Notes under the pieces: model-generated
Told to the model about the DNA's origin: nothing
What the model saw: the letters and a program-made list of their open reading frames with translations, nothing else
Database searches by the model: none
Program-made: the position numbers and the translations under genes
Assembly (NCBI GenBank): GCA_040954595.2
Contig: CM082588.2
Span: forward strand, 4,776,156 to 4,840,155
Reading direction: 5' to 3'
Source: Balanoglossus misakiensis
Taxonomy: Eukaryota; Animalia; Hemichordata
DNA length: 64,000 nt
Part shown: positions 13,831 to 25,848 of the stretch, in pieces
Numbering within the stretch: position 1 is the stretch's first letter
Layout of the letters: each line of letters starts with the position of its first letter

Positions 13831-14976
13831 ATGTTGTCAAGAACTTTCGCTACCAGTCGACAGTGCAGTCGTATATTACGCCTGAAATTACACTTCTCCG
13901 TCGCTTCAAGGTAAATTATACTGTTTACAATTATCAAGGGAACGATCCAGGCAATTCATCAGCACACTCACAAACGGGGACGATGATATGGGGGGGGGGG
14001 GGCAACAAACTCCAGCATGCACTTTGAATGAACTCTGTCAATCAATCATCATATGTTCCTTGTGTCTCTCTACAATCTTCTTACATTCTATATCTAACTT
14101 TCCAGTTCTACTGCAGTGATGGACAAGCACGAAGTTGCTCCTGATGTAATTGACAAGCTACCCAGCAATGTTGTCAGTGTGGAATGGGACAGTGGTGTCA
14201 AGGCCGATGCTGGGAACGTACTGACTCCCACTCAGGTGAGCTGAGGACTAGGTCATGACCTTGTAATCAGCAACTCAATTTTCTCAGCCATATTATAACT
14301 TGAGAGCTGAGAGCACACAAGCTATCATACATGTACTTGTAAACCTTTTCTAACACACCCAGACTTCAAATTTAAAAGATTGTAGCCTCCTTATTAAAGC
14401 AAAACGAACAATGAAGATTTTTGCATCAAATGTTAAACACAGATCCAGAAACCACCTAAACTGTCATGGTCTGCAGAGGCTGGTGGATTTTACACATTAC
14501 TAATGACCGACCCCGATGCACCAAGCCGGAAAGATCCCAAATTCCGGGAATGGCATCACTGGCTGGTGGTGAACATTCCGGGAAGCGATGTCAGCAAAGG
14601 GGATGTGGCCATGGATTATGTTGGTGCCGGACCTCCAAAGGACACGGGTATGAATGCATACTTTTCATTCAGTGAGAATTGAAACAAAAGTGCACAGAGA
14701 CTCAAGATAACATCAGTGTTAATCATGTATACTTATTGCGGTATCAAATTTGTCATTTCAGGTTTGCATCGCTACATCTTCTTGGTCTACAAGCAACCAG
14801 GAAAGATCACATACACCGATCCAATTCGTACCAACACGTCTGCTGATGGACGCGGTGGACAGAAAGCCAAGGATGTTGCAGCCAAGTATAAACTTGGGGA
14901 GCCCGTTGCTGTTAATTTATGCCAAGCTGAGTACGATGACTATGTACCAGTCCTGTACAAACAACTTGGCTTTTAA
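13831..14976 (+). CDS. PEBP1: Phosphatidylethanolamine-binding protein (PEBP/RKIP family); 209 aa from ATG 13831 or 178 aa from ATG 14119
   Basis: Exons 13831-13910, 14106-14235, 14443-14647, 14762-14976 (630 nt, in frame). Diagnostic motifs [73 protein letters not shown]. Coding status of the first exon is inferred from frame continuity. Confidence 0.93.
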
Positions 14977-15053
14977 TTTTGAATTGAACACACACACACA
15001 TGCACATTTATGTTGAAAATGGGTTTTTATTCATGAATTCTAAGCTCGTACCA

Positions 15054-15067
15054 AATAAATCAATAAA
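15054..15067 (+). terminator. PEBP polyadenylation signals
   Basis: Two AATAAA hexamers (15054-15059, 15062-15067) about 80 nt after the stop codon. Confidence 0.65.
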
Positions 15068-15847
15068 TCTCTTGGCAATCTAAAATTCAACTGTTTCCAC
15101 TGGTGGTATCATGATTGTTTTAAAGGAGTAGTGCAAGCATGCATGCACACACAAATATCATGTAATGGATAAATAGGTGCAAGAAGGCCACATGCCCTCA
15201 CAAATTACTGGCAGCACACTTGTTGAATAATGAAACAAAAAGAAATCTGGCTAACTCAGCCACTTGAGTTTATGTTTCCATCATCACTCCTACAATACCC
15301 AAATACAACAAGTATTACAAATATTAAAAAAAACATGATACAGTGAAATAAATTCTAGCACTATCTTTTCCTATTTCTACCATAATTTCTTGTTTGCTTG
15401 TTCGATACCATAGACACCTGCAACAATAGCTGCACTAATAATGCTATGGTCAGCTGTGTCAGTTGAAGTTTCCCCAAAATATTGGACTTGTCATGGAATG
15501 TAATAAGGAATCTAATCTAAATAAATTGAACAAAACCTATATACTGACTACTATTAAAATACTCTAAATAGTTAGACAGCATTGTTTTCTCTGCTATATA
15601 CAGCTGCTTGTTGAGATACACAATGGAACATCACGCTTACACTTTCTACTGTGTAAAACTCCAATCCCAGTAGTCTTTCCCGTAAAATATTTAAGTACAG
15701 TATTTAATTGTATTTCAAATCTTCATCAAATTCTACTGGCTAATGAGAAATAGCATTCTTTGCTCAAAGAAAACTGAACTTTCTTTGTGTTGGCCACACA
15801 GAGAGATACTTCAAAGAAGTTTGAATATGCAAGCTGGTTTTCAGTTT

Positions 15848-18800
15848 TCAATCATCCATAGCTATAGACTCCCACTGTTCATGAACCTCCTTCACCATGA
15901 TGTTCCGGACAAGCATTTTGTCCATGAGGGCTTCATCGGCCGGAATGCAGGAATACCACACAGGGCTGTCCGGAACACAGGATTTCTCCGGGATCAGGTA
16001 GAACACATCGTTCTTGCTCCGCACACTCTCTGGGCTGTGAGCAAAACGGCAGGTAAATGTTATGATTTTACAAGAAAGGACCATTCCTGTTTTGGCAATT
16101 CGGCATACGACAGAATTCAAAGAAAAGAAAACCTACCATTTTGAGAGATAAAACTCATAGAGTTTGACTGGACATCGTAGGGGATTATCTGTGTTCTCGG
16201 CTTGCTCCAAGATTGTTGCTTCCTCTCGCTTACGTTTACTCCCTGTTTCTTGACCTGGAAAGACAACAACAAAGTCTACTCAGAAGGTGTCATGCTTGGT
16301 AAGATTTTGTGCCTAGATATTCAAAAATTTCATATCTGATATGTGCATACATGTAGTGTCTTCTGAAAAAAGTGCTGTGATTGGCTGTAATCAGAATGTA
16401 TCTTGATCTTACCTTTGTTGAGCTGTGGGTTGTAGTATCGCAGGTAGACCGACTTGGTCTGGCTTTTGTTGCTGGTCTTCTTCCAGTGCTTCAGTATGTG
16501 GGTGAAGGACATGCTGACGTGCTGCGCGGCCGTCTCCAAGTGGAAGTACTTGGTGTTGAAGTAGACCAGCGTGCTCAGCAGGACGTAGGGCGAGTGCGCC
16601 CCCAGCTGCTTGCACTCCCACAGCATCTCCTCCTCGATGCACGTGTTGATCATCCCGATGTGGTTGATCTCCGGCTTCCAGCGACGCAGCAGCTCCGTCA
16701 GCACGTCGGTGAACTTCTCAAAGTACATGTCGGTGAAGACGTTCTCCACGCGGCCATTCTCGAAGAGGTACTGCTGGATGCCCAGGCACAGGTAGAAGAT
16801 GGTGTCCGGCGTGTACTCCTCGCCGCTGGGCTTGCGCACCTCCCGCAGGAAGTGGTACAGCGAGAAGTTGATCTCGTCCGCCGAGCACTGCAGGATGTCC
16901 GTCTTGAACTTGTACGGCTTGGACAGGGCGTCGCCGTCCAAGAACCCTTCCCTGTTCTTCTGCTGCGCCCATATTCTGTAGGCGTTGATGCCGTACGTGT
17001 ACTTGAACCCCGCCGACGACTGGTGCTGGCTCTCCGGGGACGAAGGAGGTTGCGGCTCCTCTTCTGGCTCCGGTTCCACAACCTTCGCCCGTTTACGACC
17101 GCGCCCGCGTCCGCGCCCTCGCCCGCGGCCTCTTGACGTTCGTGTGTTTCGTGGTGGTGGCTTGGCTCTGGCCCTGGCTCGCTGCTCACGCGGGGACAGC
17201 AGCTTTTCCTCAAAGTCAATCGTGGCAAATTCATCCACTTCCGCTAGGAGAGAATCAAACATAGCAGGCGTGAGTAGAAGTCTCACTTAGCAAAAACACT
17301 CAGATATGAAAAAAACACCTCATTACCATATAACAAACCAAATAACTTTCCAAGTTCAGCTGGCCACAGCAACTGGCCATGCATCCAGTATCTGATCCAT
17401 TCTCACTAATGGAATGAGCTCAGTGGCTGTCTCCATTTAATACTCACCTTCAATAAAAGTAGGGTCCGGCTGGTCAGGTTCAGATATGACTTGTGCGATG
17501 TTGGCAGCCATCTGCAAGATGTCATCTTCCAACATCTGTGAGGGGATGACCTGCTCAGCTTCTTCAAATGTCAGATTACCAGTATCACCAACTGAATATA
17601 AAGTAACAAAGATAGCTGTGTACTCTTACAATGGGCAATTGAATAAAAGGTTGTGGCACCCGTTTATTATTTAATTTGTTAATATTGAAATGTACAGTCG
17701 CAATCAGAGTTGATTATATGTTTGGGTATAAACCCACAAATGAACTCACATAAATGGACCATTCTAAGATCGGGGCTTTAACTACTCAGAATTTTTTTTT
17801 ATCCACAGTAACTAATACTTACATTCAAGATCATGTGTTTCCTCTGGCATAGACATGGCTTCATCCTCATCCTTCTGAGAACTCTCCGCCTCCTCCCCGG
17901 CGATAGCCTCGGCCATCAGGAGCAGCTCGGCCTCCAACGGATCCGACGGCGTCTTCTCCCGGATCTCCTCCATGGTCTTCAGCAGCTTGTCCGCGTTGCT
18001 GCTGGCCACCGGCAGCCACATGGGCACCGGCACGGGCAGGGGCGTGACCACCGGGGCGGGGACCACCGAGGAGTACATGTGCATGGGTACGGGTACGTAT
18101 ATGGGCACTGGTATGGGAACGACGATCAGTTTGGGTCTCCAGTCCGAATCTGAAAATGTGTCATAACAGAAAAGCATTACAGTAAAACTCTTGATTATCC
18201 GAACTGACAGGGGGACATTGATTTTGTTCGGATATGCAGACAGTTCGGTTATTCGGATAACGATCCTATACAATAGAACTGTTTGGGGGACATGACAGCA
18301 GTTCGGATAACCAAACAATTCGGATAATTGGAGTTCGGATAATTGGAGTTTTACTGTACTAGTAACGGTAGATTTCTTTTATGGAAGTTGTACAGTTGAC
18401 ATTGTCTGAATTTTTTTTCTGTATTTCTTGTCCCTAAGTTATTACAAACCTACCTGTGCTTGTTGATTTAGTGGACTGGTGCGGTTTGCATGACGTCGCT
18501 TTTGTCTGAGTAAACGGCTTACACAGTAGGCTCTTGTTTTTTAAAATTTTCGGAGGCGCTGGTGGGGGTGGGGGCAGTTCGAGCTTGGGCAGTTCGGGCA
18601 CTGGTGCTAGCTTGGTTAGCTGCGTAGATACTGTCTTTGTAGTGGTTGGCTTCACGATGCTTGTGTTCTGAATGGGGGGATGGGATACCAGCTGCACCTT
18701 TGTTAGGGTGTTCTGGGCGGGCGGATTCACCACTCTTGTGTTGAACGTCTTATTGCTTGTACTGGTAGCGACGGTGTTCAATGCAGTGGTTTTGTTGAAC

Positions 18801-21800
18801 GGAGTAGCTGGGGAGAAAAATAACTGCAGTTTTAATTTTACCCTTTCACCGCCATGGTTTGTACCAAAGTCATTGGTATCTGTGGTTAAGTTGGACTTCT
18901 ACAAATGGAAACAGGGGGGAAGGCAGAGGAGGAGGTCAAACTTACCCAGTGTGTTTTGTTGACCAGGTGCCAGGGACATGACTGATGCAATGATGGGTGT
19001 CGATGGACTGTTTGTCACACTGTTCACAGCTGGAAAAGAGACACATAAAATAATTGTGTGTTACAGTAAATTTCATCAAAATGACACCACAGGTCACCAG
19101 TGACAGACATACATTGTACATGCACAGAAACACATACATAGGCAAACACTGGCAGAGAGTCACGCCCTTAATCGAAAGAAACACAGAAATGCACACAAAG
19201 ACAGAAAATGTACGGATGGATGCTACACACTCTTACCACTGACATGGTTGGAGTCGGACAGCTTTGGCTGCATCTGGGTCGTCAGATTGGGAACGTTCTG
19301 CTGCGTGTAGAACAGCAACAGACACTGCTGGCTGCAGACGTGTTTCATTTCGCCGCGCCACATGAAGGTCTCTTCCAGTCTCTTGCCTTGCTGTCGGCAC
19401 CCGTCACACCTGTGGAGAAACATTTATTGTCCAATGAGAGTCGCATTAACAATAGCCCATACCAGGTACATCTACGTCATGTACTAGTATGTTGGACACC
19501 ACAGCCAGCTGTGGAAATGGGGCAGGAGACCAGACTACACCATTCATAGCAGAGATCTGCAAACAAATACCTACCTTGCAGCCTGGTTGTACCACAGTTC
19601 GTACCTATCCCGGCACGACAGTTTGCAGAACTGCTTCTTCTTGCCATCAATCACCTTATCGCACAGGGCCTTGCCCATCTGATTACAGTAGTCGCACACA
19701 ATGCACTTCAGACCCAGTCCCTTGGTGAAATCTTGCTTGAACAGCAGCTTACAGCCTGCAGAAAGTGGCAAACTTGCAATTTAGTCACAAGGGAACACAT
19801 AACAGAAACACTCCTACAATCTGTTTGGTGGCAGGGCAATTTGACTCTTCACCTTCAACTTCATCAGTGCAACATTGTGAACTTCTCACCTTCACTACAA
19901 AACGACCTGTCTTGACCTGAAAATTTGCATGTCTCATAGAGTATCTTCTCCTGGTGGCAAGCATCACACACAGCTGTGACTGCATTGATCTGCAGAGTAG
20001 AAATATTATACAATCTGTGTACAAAGGCTCAAATGCTCACGTCAGATGCCACTTTGCTGGCTGTTACACTTCAGAAAAAAAAATGTATATGCATACAACC
20101 AGTGCAACACAGGACCAAGGATGAAGTATCACCAAGCAGCTTACCCTCTTGAAGTCTTCTAAACAAGGCTGGCTGCAGAACTGATTGCAGTTCCCCTTGT
20201 ACTCCAGAATCACCGGCTTGCTCGAAAAGTTCATCTTGCAGAAGGAGCACTGCAGCTGCAAGGTCTGGTGCGGCAGCGTCACCGTGGGCGTGTTGAACTG
20301 CGCCTGAAACGCAATCACGCAGTTGTAGCTGCAGAAGTTCCTGATGCTGTTGTCGCTCATGGTGAGGTGGAAGAGCGGCGGCGACACCTTCTTGCAGTGG
20401 TTGCAGAGCGTGGCCAGGTTGGAGACGGACGCTGCGGCCTTCTGGGGCTGCGACTGAGGGGGCGCAGCAGCAGCAGACGGCGTTGGCGGCTGCTGCGAGG
20501 AGGGAGCAGCAGGCGAGACGGTGCTGACTTTCTCCCGGTAGGCCTGCAGGCACGGCAGCGAGCAGAACAACTGGACTTTGTTGTTAGAGTCCACCCGCTC
20601 CACCATTTCAAAGTTGCTCTTGCGGGTCTTGCACCAGAAGCAGTCCACCGCCCGCTTGTGGAACTCCTTGAACTTGTTCAGACACTTCTGGGTGCAGAAG
20701 CGCTTGGGCTTGCCCTCGTACTGCATGTACTGCGGCGTCAACTTGTCGTTGTAGCAGTTGACGCCGCACTGGTCACAGCAGTTCATGCTGAGGTTGTGGG
20801 CGTAGCGGAAGGCTGCAAAACAGGCATCGCTGCAGAGTTTGTTGACTTTGCCTTGGAAGTTGACTTCGTGTTTCACCTGTAACGGACAACACAATAACAA
20901 TTACACAACAATGAAATCTACCACGTACTACAGTTCAACGGAAAAAAAGATGCAGAGTAAGTTGTGATAGCGGTACAAACAAATACACACGGGTCAATGT
21001 GTACATAGTTCCGATTCAGGATTTCATCTATTGACTGATCAGCTCCAGCTCAATGCCTTACCTGTCCCATTTTGTCACACACAGAGCACTTCTTGAGCAC
21101 CTCGTCATTCTTGGACTGGTTCTTCTTGGCCTCGAAGTTGGCCACGCACTCCTGACTGCAGAACTCCTTGAACTCCCCCTGGTTGCCCACCTGCGCCACG
21201 ATGACGTCGCTGTTGCTCACCAGCTCCTTGCTGCAGTGGGAGCAGGTCTTCATGCGCCGGTTGATCTCCGACAGGCAGGTCTGCGAGCAGAAGTGGAGGA
21301 TGCGCCCGGACAGGTTCTTCACCCACTTGCTGGCGTTCCCCGGGGCAACCAGCGTCTTGCAGTAGCCGCAGGTCTTGGTCGGCGGCTGGGAGCTGGCCGA
21401 GCTCTTGTCGATCCTCAGCGCGTTCTTGCGGGCAAACTGGTCCATGCACGAGAGGCAGCAAAAACGGAATCTCTGCCGGTTCCAGTCGAGTGTCTGTGTT
21501 AGGCTTTTCACTTGTTTGCATTGGCTGCAGGACGGTTGTGGCCGTTTGCCTGTTGAGATCACTTGTGTGATTTCCAATTCTGGATCGCCTGAAAAAAACA
21601 AAACCCTCACGGTTAGTCCTGTATCACACCACCACTTCATTGCACACATATCCTGGAGCTCATATATACTATAGGCAAAATCAGTATCAATATTCTCACC
21701 TGATTTCCCGGTACTCCCATTTACACCCTTTTCCTTTTTCGTGCTGTCGACAGCTGCCTTACTGGCCTGGTCTGTAGATTCATCCTGTATGGGGGTGAAA

Positions 21801-24800
21801 TATCAATGTCATTCCTTAACTTTCCAGTGAAATCTACTGAGCTCTGCAGTAACCAAGTGTGAATGAAATTATTTCAGCCATATTTGACTAAATGTCACTC
21901 ACCTTAGTTTTCTCAACAGGTTCATCTTTAATCTTTACATTATCTGGAAGACTTGGAGTTGTTTTCTTTGATGACTCTGCTGTTGCAACGCCTTTACTTT
22001 TGTCCTTGTGGGGAAGGGAAGAGGGAACATCAAATTCCATGGGGTACAAAGGAATATCTACTACACAGATTTACTTATAATCAATATTCAAGACCAGCAA
22101 TAAACTGGTTACCAGGAATCTAAGTGAATTATTGCAAAACTGTGACTGGCAATGAGGAACTATGCAAACACCAAGGTAATTGTTTATTGTCGGTTTTCTA
22201 CACTCTGATTAAGAATACCGAAAGTGGTAATAACCTGCGATTCTTCAGTTTGTTTCTGCTGCACGATCTTGGAGATGATGTTCGAAATATTCCTGGAACG
22301 GCTCTGGTTGATGTTCAGCTGTGAAGTGGATTTGACGTTCTCTGTACTCTCTCCTCTGTTCGTCTGCTCAGTGGCAGTATATTTACCCTCAACAGTGCTT
22401 TCCTGCGTCTGTGAAGTGGTCGATGTTTGGTTTGTCTCAGAGCTCTGTGTCGTGTCCAGCCTTTTCCCTGACGTTTCAGACTCGCTGTGTTGGCTACCCT
22501 GTTCCGAATGTTCACTTGGTTTATCAGTGTGATCATCAGCTTTCTCTGCGGTCTCCTCATCTTCGTCATCATCTAGCAAGTCTATGATCATCACTGGCTC
22601 TTTTTTGTCCGTTTCCCCGACCACAATCAAATCATCATCTTCCTCCTCCGTTTTCTCTTTTTCTTCAGTTTTTATCTCTGCTGACTGGGTGTCAGCTGAC
22701 TGTTCTGCAGCTGTTTCTGCTTCATCAACCTCCATCGGCGAAGCCGCTTTTTCGGCAGATTGCAAAGCTGCATCACCTGGCTCTGAATCCATCGCGCCTC
22801 CTGCATCTGGAACAGATGCAGCGGTATAATTCTCAGTTGTGCTGCTGGATGCCTCTCCACTCTGTGCCGTCAGACTCGCAGACTCTTCTGGCTGTTTCTC
22901 AAAGTCACTATAACTGGTAATACTGCCTTCAACAATGCACGGCATAGATGTCACACTGCCCTCAACAATCTTGAGGCCACTATCACCCGTTCCAATCGGC
23001 ACTTCGACATTCTCAGGCTCTACACTAACTCCAGCATCTAGTGTTTCCATGGCAACATCGCTAGCCAGTTTGTTTTCATCCCTGGTAATTGTTTCTACGT
23101 CGTCAGTTTCCATGGGCTGCTCATTTTCTTCCTGTTGTGCATCAGTGGCTTCTGATACTTCCATGGGTACCTCAGAGTCGTCTTCTGGGTTTTGATCAGA
23201 CGGGGTTTCATTGTCTTTAGTGTCTGTGTCACTATCTCCCCCGACCATAACGGGTCCCGCACTGACCGCTTCGCTTTCCTGAAGTTCTGGCCTTTCTCTC
23301 TCATCGTCATTGACAACACTGACTCCTGAGTTGTCTGTTACGCTGGGCTCATCAGGGCCCTTGTCAGCATCCTCACCGACCCCTGGCCCATCACTGGCTT
23401 TCTGCGCGACATCATCATCAATGTCCCCAGCATTCTCAATGTCAGTGGGACTTGACTCCGCGCCTCCTGGCTGCACATCCTCAGCAGATTCAGTACCCTC
23501 GGTTGCCGTGGGGAAGTCATCCCCACCCTGCAGAACCTCCCCGGCGCCATCTTCCACATCAACAATGCCCTGAACATCCCTCCTTTCAGACTCATCCCCA
23601 GCAGCACTCTGCTCGGACTCTTGAACATTGTCACAGGCATCTTCCAAAGGTTCATCAGCTGTAGCGACATTATCCTCCTGTTCACTACCCACATCAACAC
23701 AAGCCTGGCCGTTGCTATCCTCTCCCTGTGGATCACTAGCAGTAGAATCCTCTTTTCCGTCGTCGTCACCTTGGTGATCCTCTTCCTCGTCTTCCACGGC
23801 ATCCACAACAATCAGATCTTCCTCATCCAGACCGCTGGGATACCCGCAATCGTCGCCTTGATAATCATCACCAGCATCTTCCTTCTCCTCATCATCATCA
23901 GCCGTCTCCCTGGCAACACAATCCTCTGTTGTGATGTCTTCATCTTTCCGTATCTGCTCAGTGGCGAAGTTATCCTCAGGATGCTGCTCAGCTTGCAATT
24001 GTTCGGCTGAATGACCTCTGTCCCCAGACTGACCTTCATCATCATCTCTGCTGCCAAGCCCCACAAGTCCAGGGGAACTCTCATTCACACTGTCAGCACA
24101 CACTGCTTGGTTTGCTACAGAACTGTCATCTCTGACCACATCAATATCCTCCGACACACCAGCCTCCTGGCTGTTCGCTACAATTTCGTCTTTCTCTGTC
24201 TCGGTCTTTTCTTCACCGAGATCATTGTCTAATCCAGACTCATCATTATCAAGCCCAGACACATCAATAAGTTCCTCATCTTCATCTTGTTCCCTGCCAA
24301 CCTCACCATTAGATTCCACCTTCTGAATGTCACTTTTTTCCTGTAGCAGAAGTTTTTCCTAGAAACAAAAACAATATAAAAATTGAATAAAAAATATCTA
24401 CCCCTTATGAATGTGGAATGATGAAAACACATGATAATACTATTACATGCTGATATCACTTTTTTTTTTGCATGTTTATAAAATGTTTTGTGACGTACAT
24501 GTGTACCACTATTAAATTTGTATGAGTTATCACCTCTACTTTTCCCTTGAAATCTGCTTTCTACTTTGTTTAAAGTTAGAATTAGTCGTATTTTAAAAAC
24601 TTTTAAGCAATGTAGTGAAGAAGACAACTAAATATTGTCATGGGTAGGCTTGGCCATCTCAATTACATTTTCTGTTTTCCACACCCCTGTCAGATGAAAG
24701 AACACAAGGGATCTCCTATAATTTCCACTGCCGGCTCAAAGGCAAGTAATACGCACCAATATGATAAATGGTTAACCGAGGTATGTTATTTTCTTGGGAA

Positions 24801-25306
24801 TATTCAATTAATCCAGGCCTACTGGGGGTAAATAGAGCTGTCAATGGGCAATTATTCCACAAGAACCAGAAATGCTAATTTTATGTAAATAAGGTCGATT
24901 TTGCAGGGTTATTTCAGTCGAATTGAGTTTCTATTCCGGCACGGGACAAAACAACATCGAACGCTCATTTGCTGTTTTTCAGGGGGGAGCCAACAGATTG
25001 TTTGGGGGTTTGTCGATAAGGGTTTAACCCCTGAAATCAACACGAAATTATGTCACGTGCAATCGACGCGCCGTATTGGATCGTTCATTTCACGCAGTCA
25101 ACCAGTCAATCAACCAAACCTTCAAATGACCACAGGGTTCGATCGCATGCAACGAACCATTCATTCCGTACCTGTTTATCACGCACAGGAGTGCACCCAT
25201 TTTCTTCCTGAATAGTTGCCTTAGTGAGAGAGATAGTGGGATCCGAATCGAGCTCGACAGCAGGCTGAATCTCAGATTGATCATTCGGGCTGGGAACGGC
25301 GGCCAT
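15848..25306 (-). CDS. ZMYM2/3/4: MYM-type zinc finger protein (ZMYM2/3/4 - Drosophila WOC homolog) with C-terminal DUF3504, ~2061 aa, 16 coding exons
   Basis: Exons 25172-25306, 22235-24340, 21903-22004, 21700-21784, 21062-21588, 20145-20876, 19890-19989, 19575-19755, 19237-19409, 18946-19029, 18454-18807, 17823-18149, 17448-17591, 16413-17243, 16137-16254, 15848-16034 sum to 6186 nt in frame. Eleven CxxC...(F/L/V)CSxxC-type fingers, a PV-rich segment (VPIPVPIYVPVPM), PSDPLEAELLLMAE, and DUF3504-region motifs [56 protein letters not shown]. Confidence 0.93.
18180..18356. mobile_element. Tc1/mariner (pogo/Tigger-like) MITE in a ZMYM intron
   Basis: TA|CAGTAAAACTCttgATTATCCGAACT ... AGTTCGGATAATtgGAGTTTTACTG|TA: ~25-bp imperfect TIRs, TA duplication, internal repeats of TTCGGATAA. 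Confidence 0.85.
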
Positions 25307-25848
25307 CTTGAAATGCCCCTCGTCGTTGAACGGACCAGTAATGTCTTTTCGTGCTCACAGATCAGTGCATATTAAAATAATGTCTCCAAGATATCTCTAT
25401 TGTGCTCTTCTAAATGCTCACGAGTTTTTATAAATAATTTTGGTCAAACACTGAATAAGTCGGTGTACCCTCAAAAGCCGCGACTGGGCCCAAAATGGCG
25501 CGGCCAATCAACACACAGATTACCTGAGGCATGGAAGCCATGTATTCCGAATATTCATGAGCTACAATTTCGGAGTGATTTTCGGCTAAAATTTAACATT
25601 ATAAACAATATAGAGTCAGAATGAGCATCTTCCACAACGACTTGTAACGGATGTATGCACTTTTAGTCGTCTTTTCATAATTTTATCAACAATAGAAGAC
25701 TTTTAAATACTTCGGAAAACTTCGTATATTTCCGGTGAGCAGTCACATGGTCCGGACTTCCTGCATTTTCGACGCCATCGCCATTTGACGCAACGCGACG
25801 CTTGAGAGAAGCCTCAGTCATTAATACTATCCGACAAAAAGTATAATT
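25307..25848. promoter_or_regulatory. Bidirectional promoter shared by the ZMYM and DBHS genes
   Basis: 542 bp between divergent ATGs, CpG-rich, with YY1-like AAAATGGCG (~25492), CCAAT box GGCCAATCA (25502), ETS-like ACTTCC (~25756); the ZMYM start itself sits in AAGATGGCCGCC. Confidence 0.8.

Noticed and set aside
16381-21521. Long overlapping ORFs on both strands (e.g. 16381-17136 +, 20268-20882 +, 21053-21502 +)
   Set aside because: Shadows of GC3-rich ZMYM exons; no recognisable domains or independent splice structure.
21648-21827. U12-like signals on the plus strand (ATATCCTG at ~21648, TTCCTTAAC then TTTCCAG at ~21812)
   Set aside because: Antisense to ZMYM, donor imperfect, no plus-strand gene context; all real introns here look U2-type.
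23043-23056. Perfect X-box GTTTCCATGGCAAC
   Set aside because: Inside ZMYM coding sequence and explained by the codons for VAMET.
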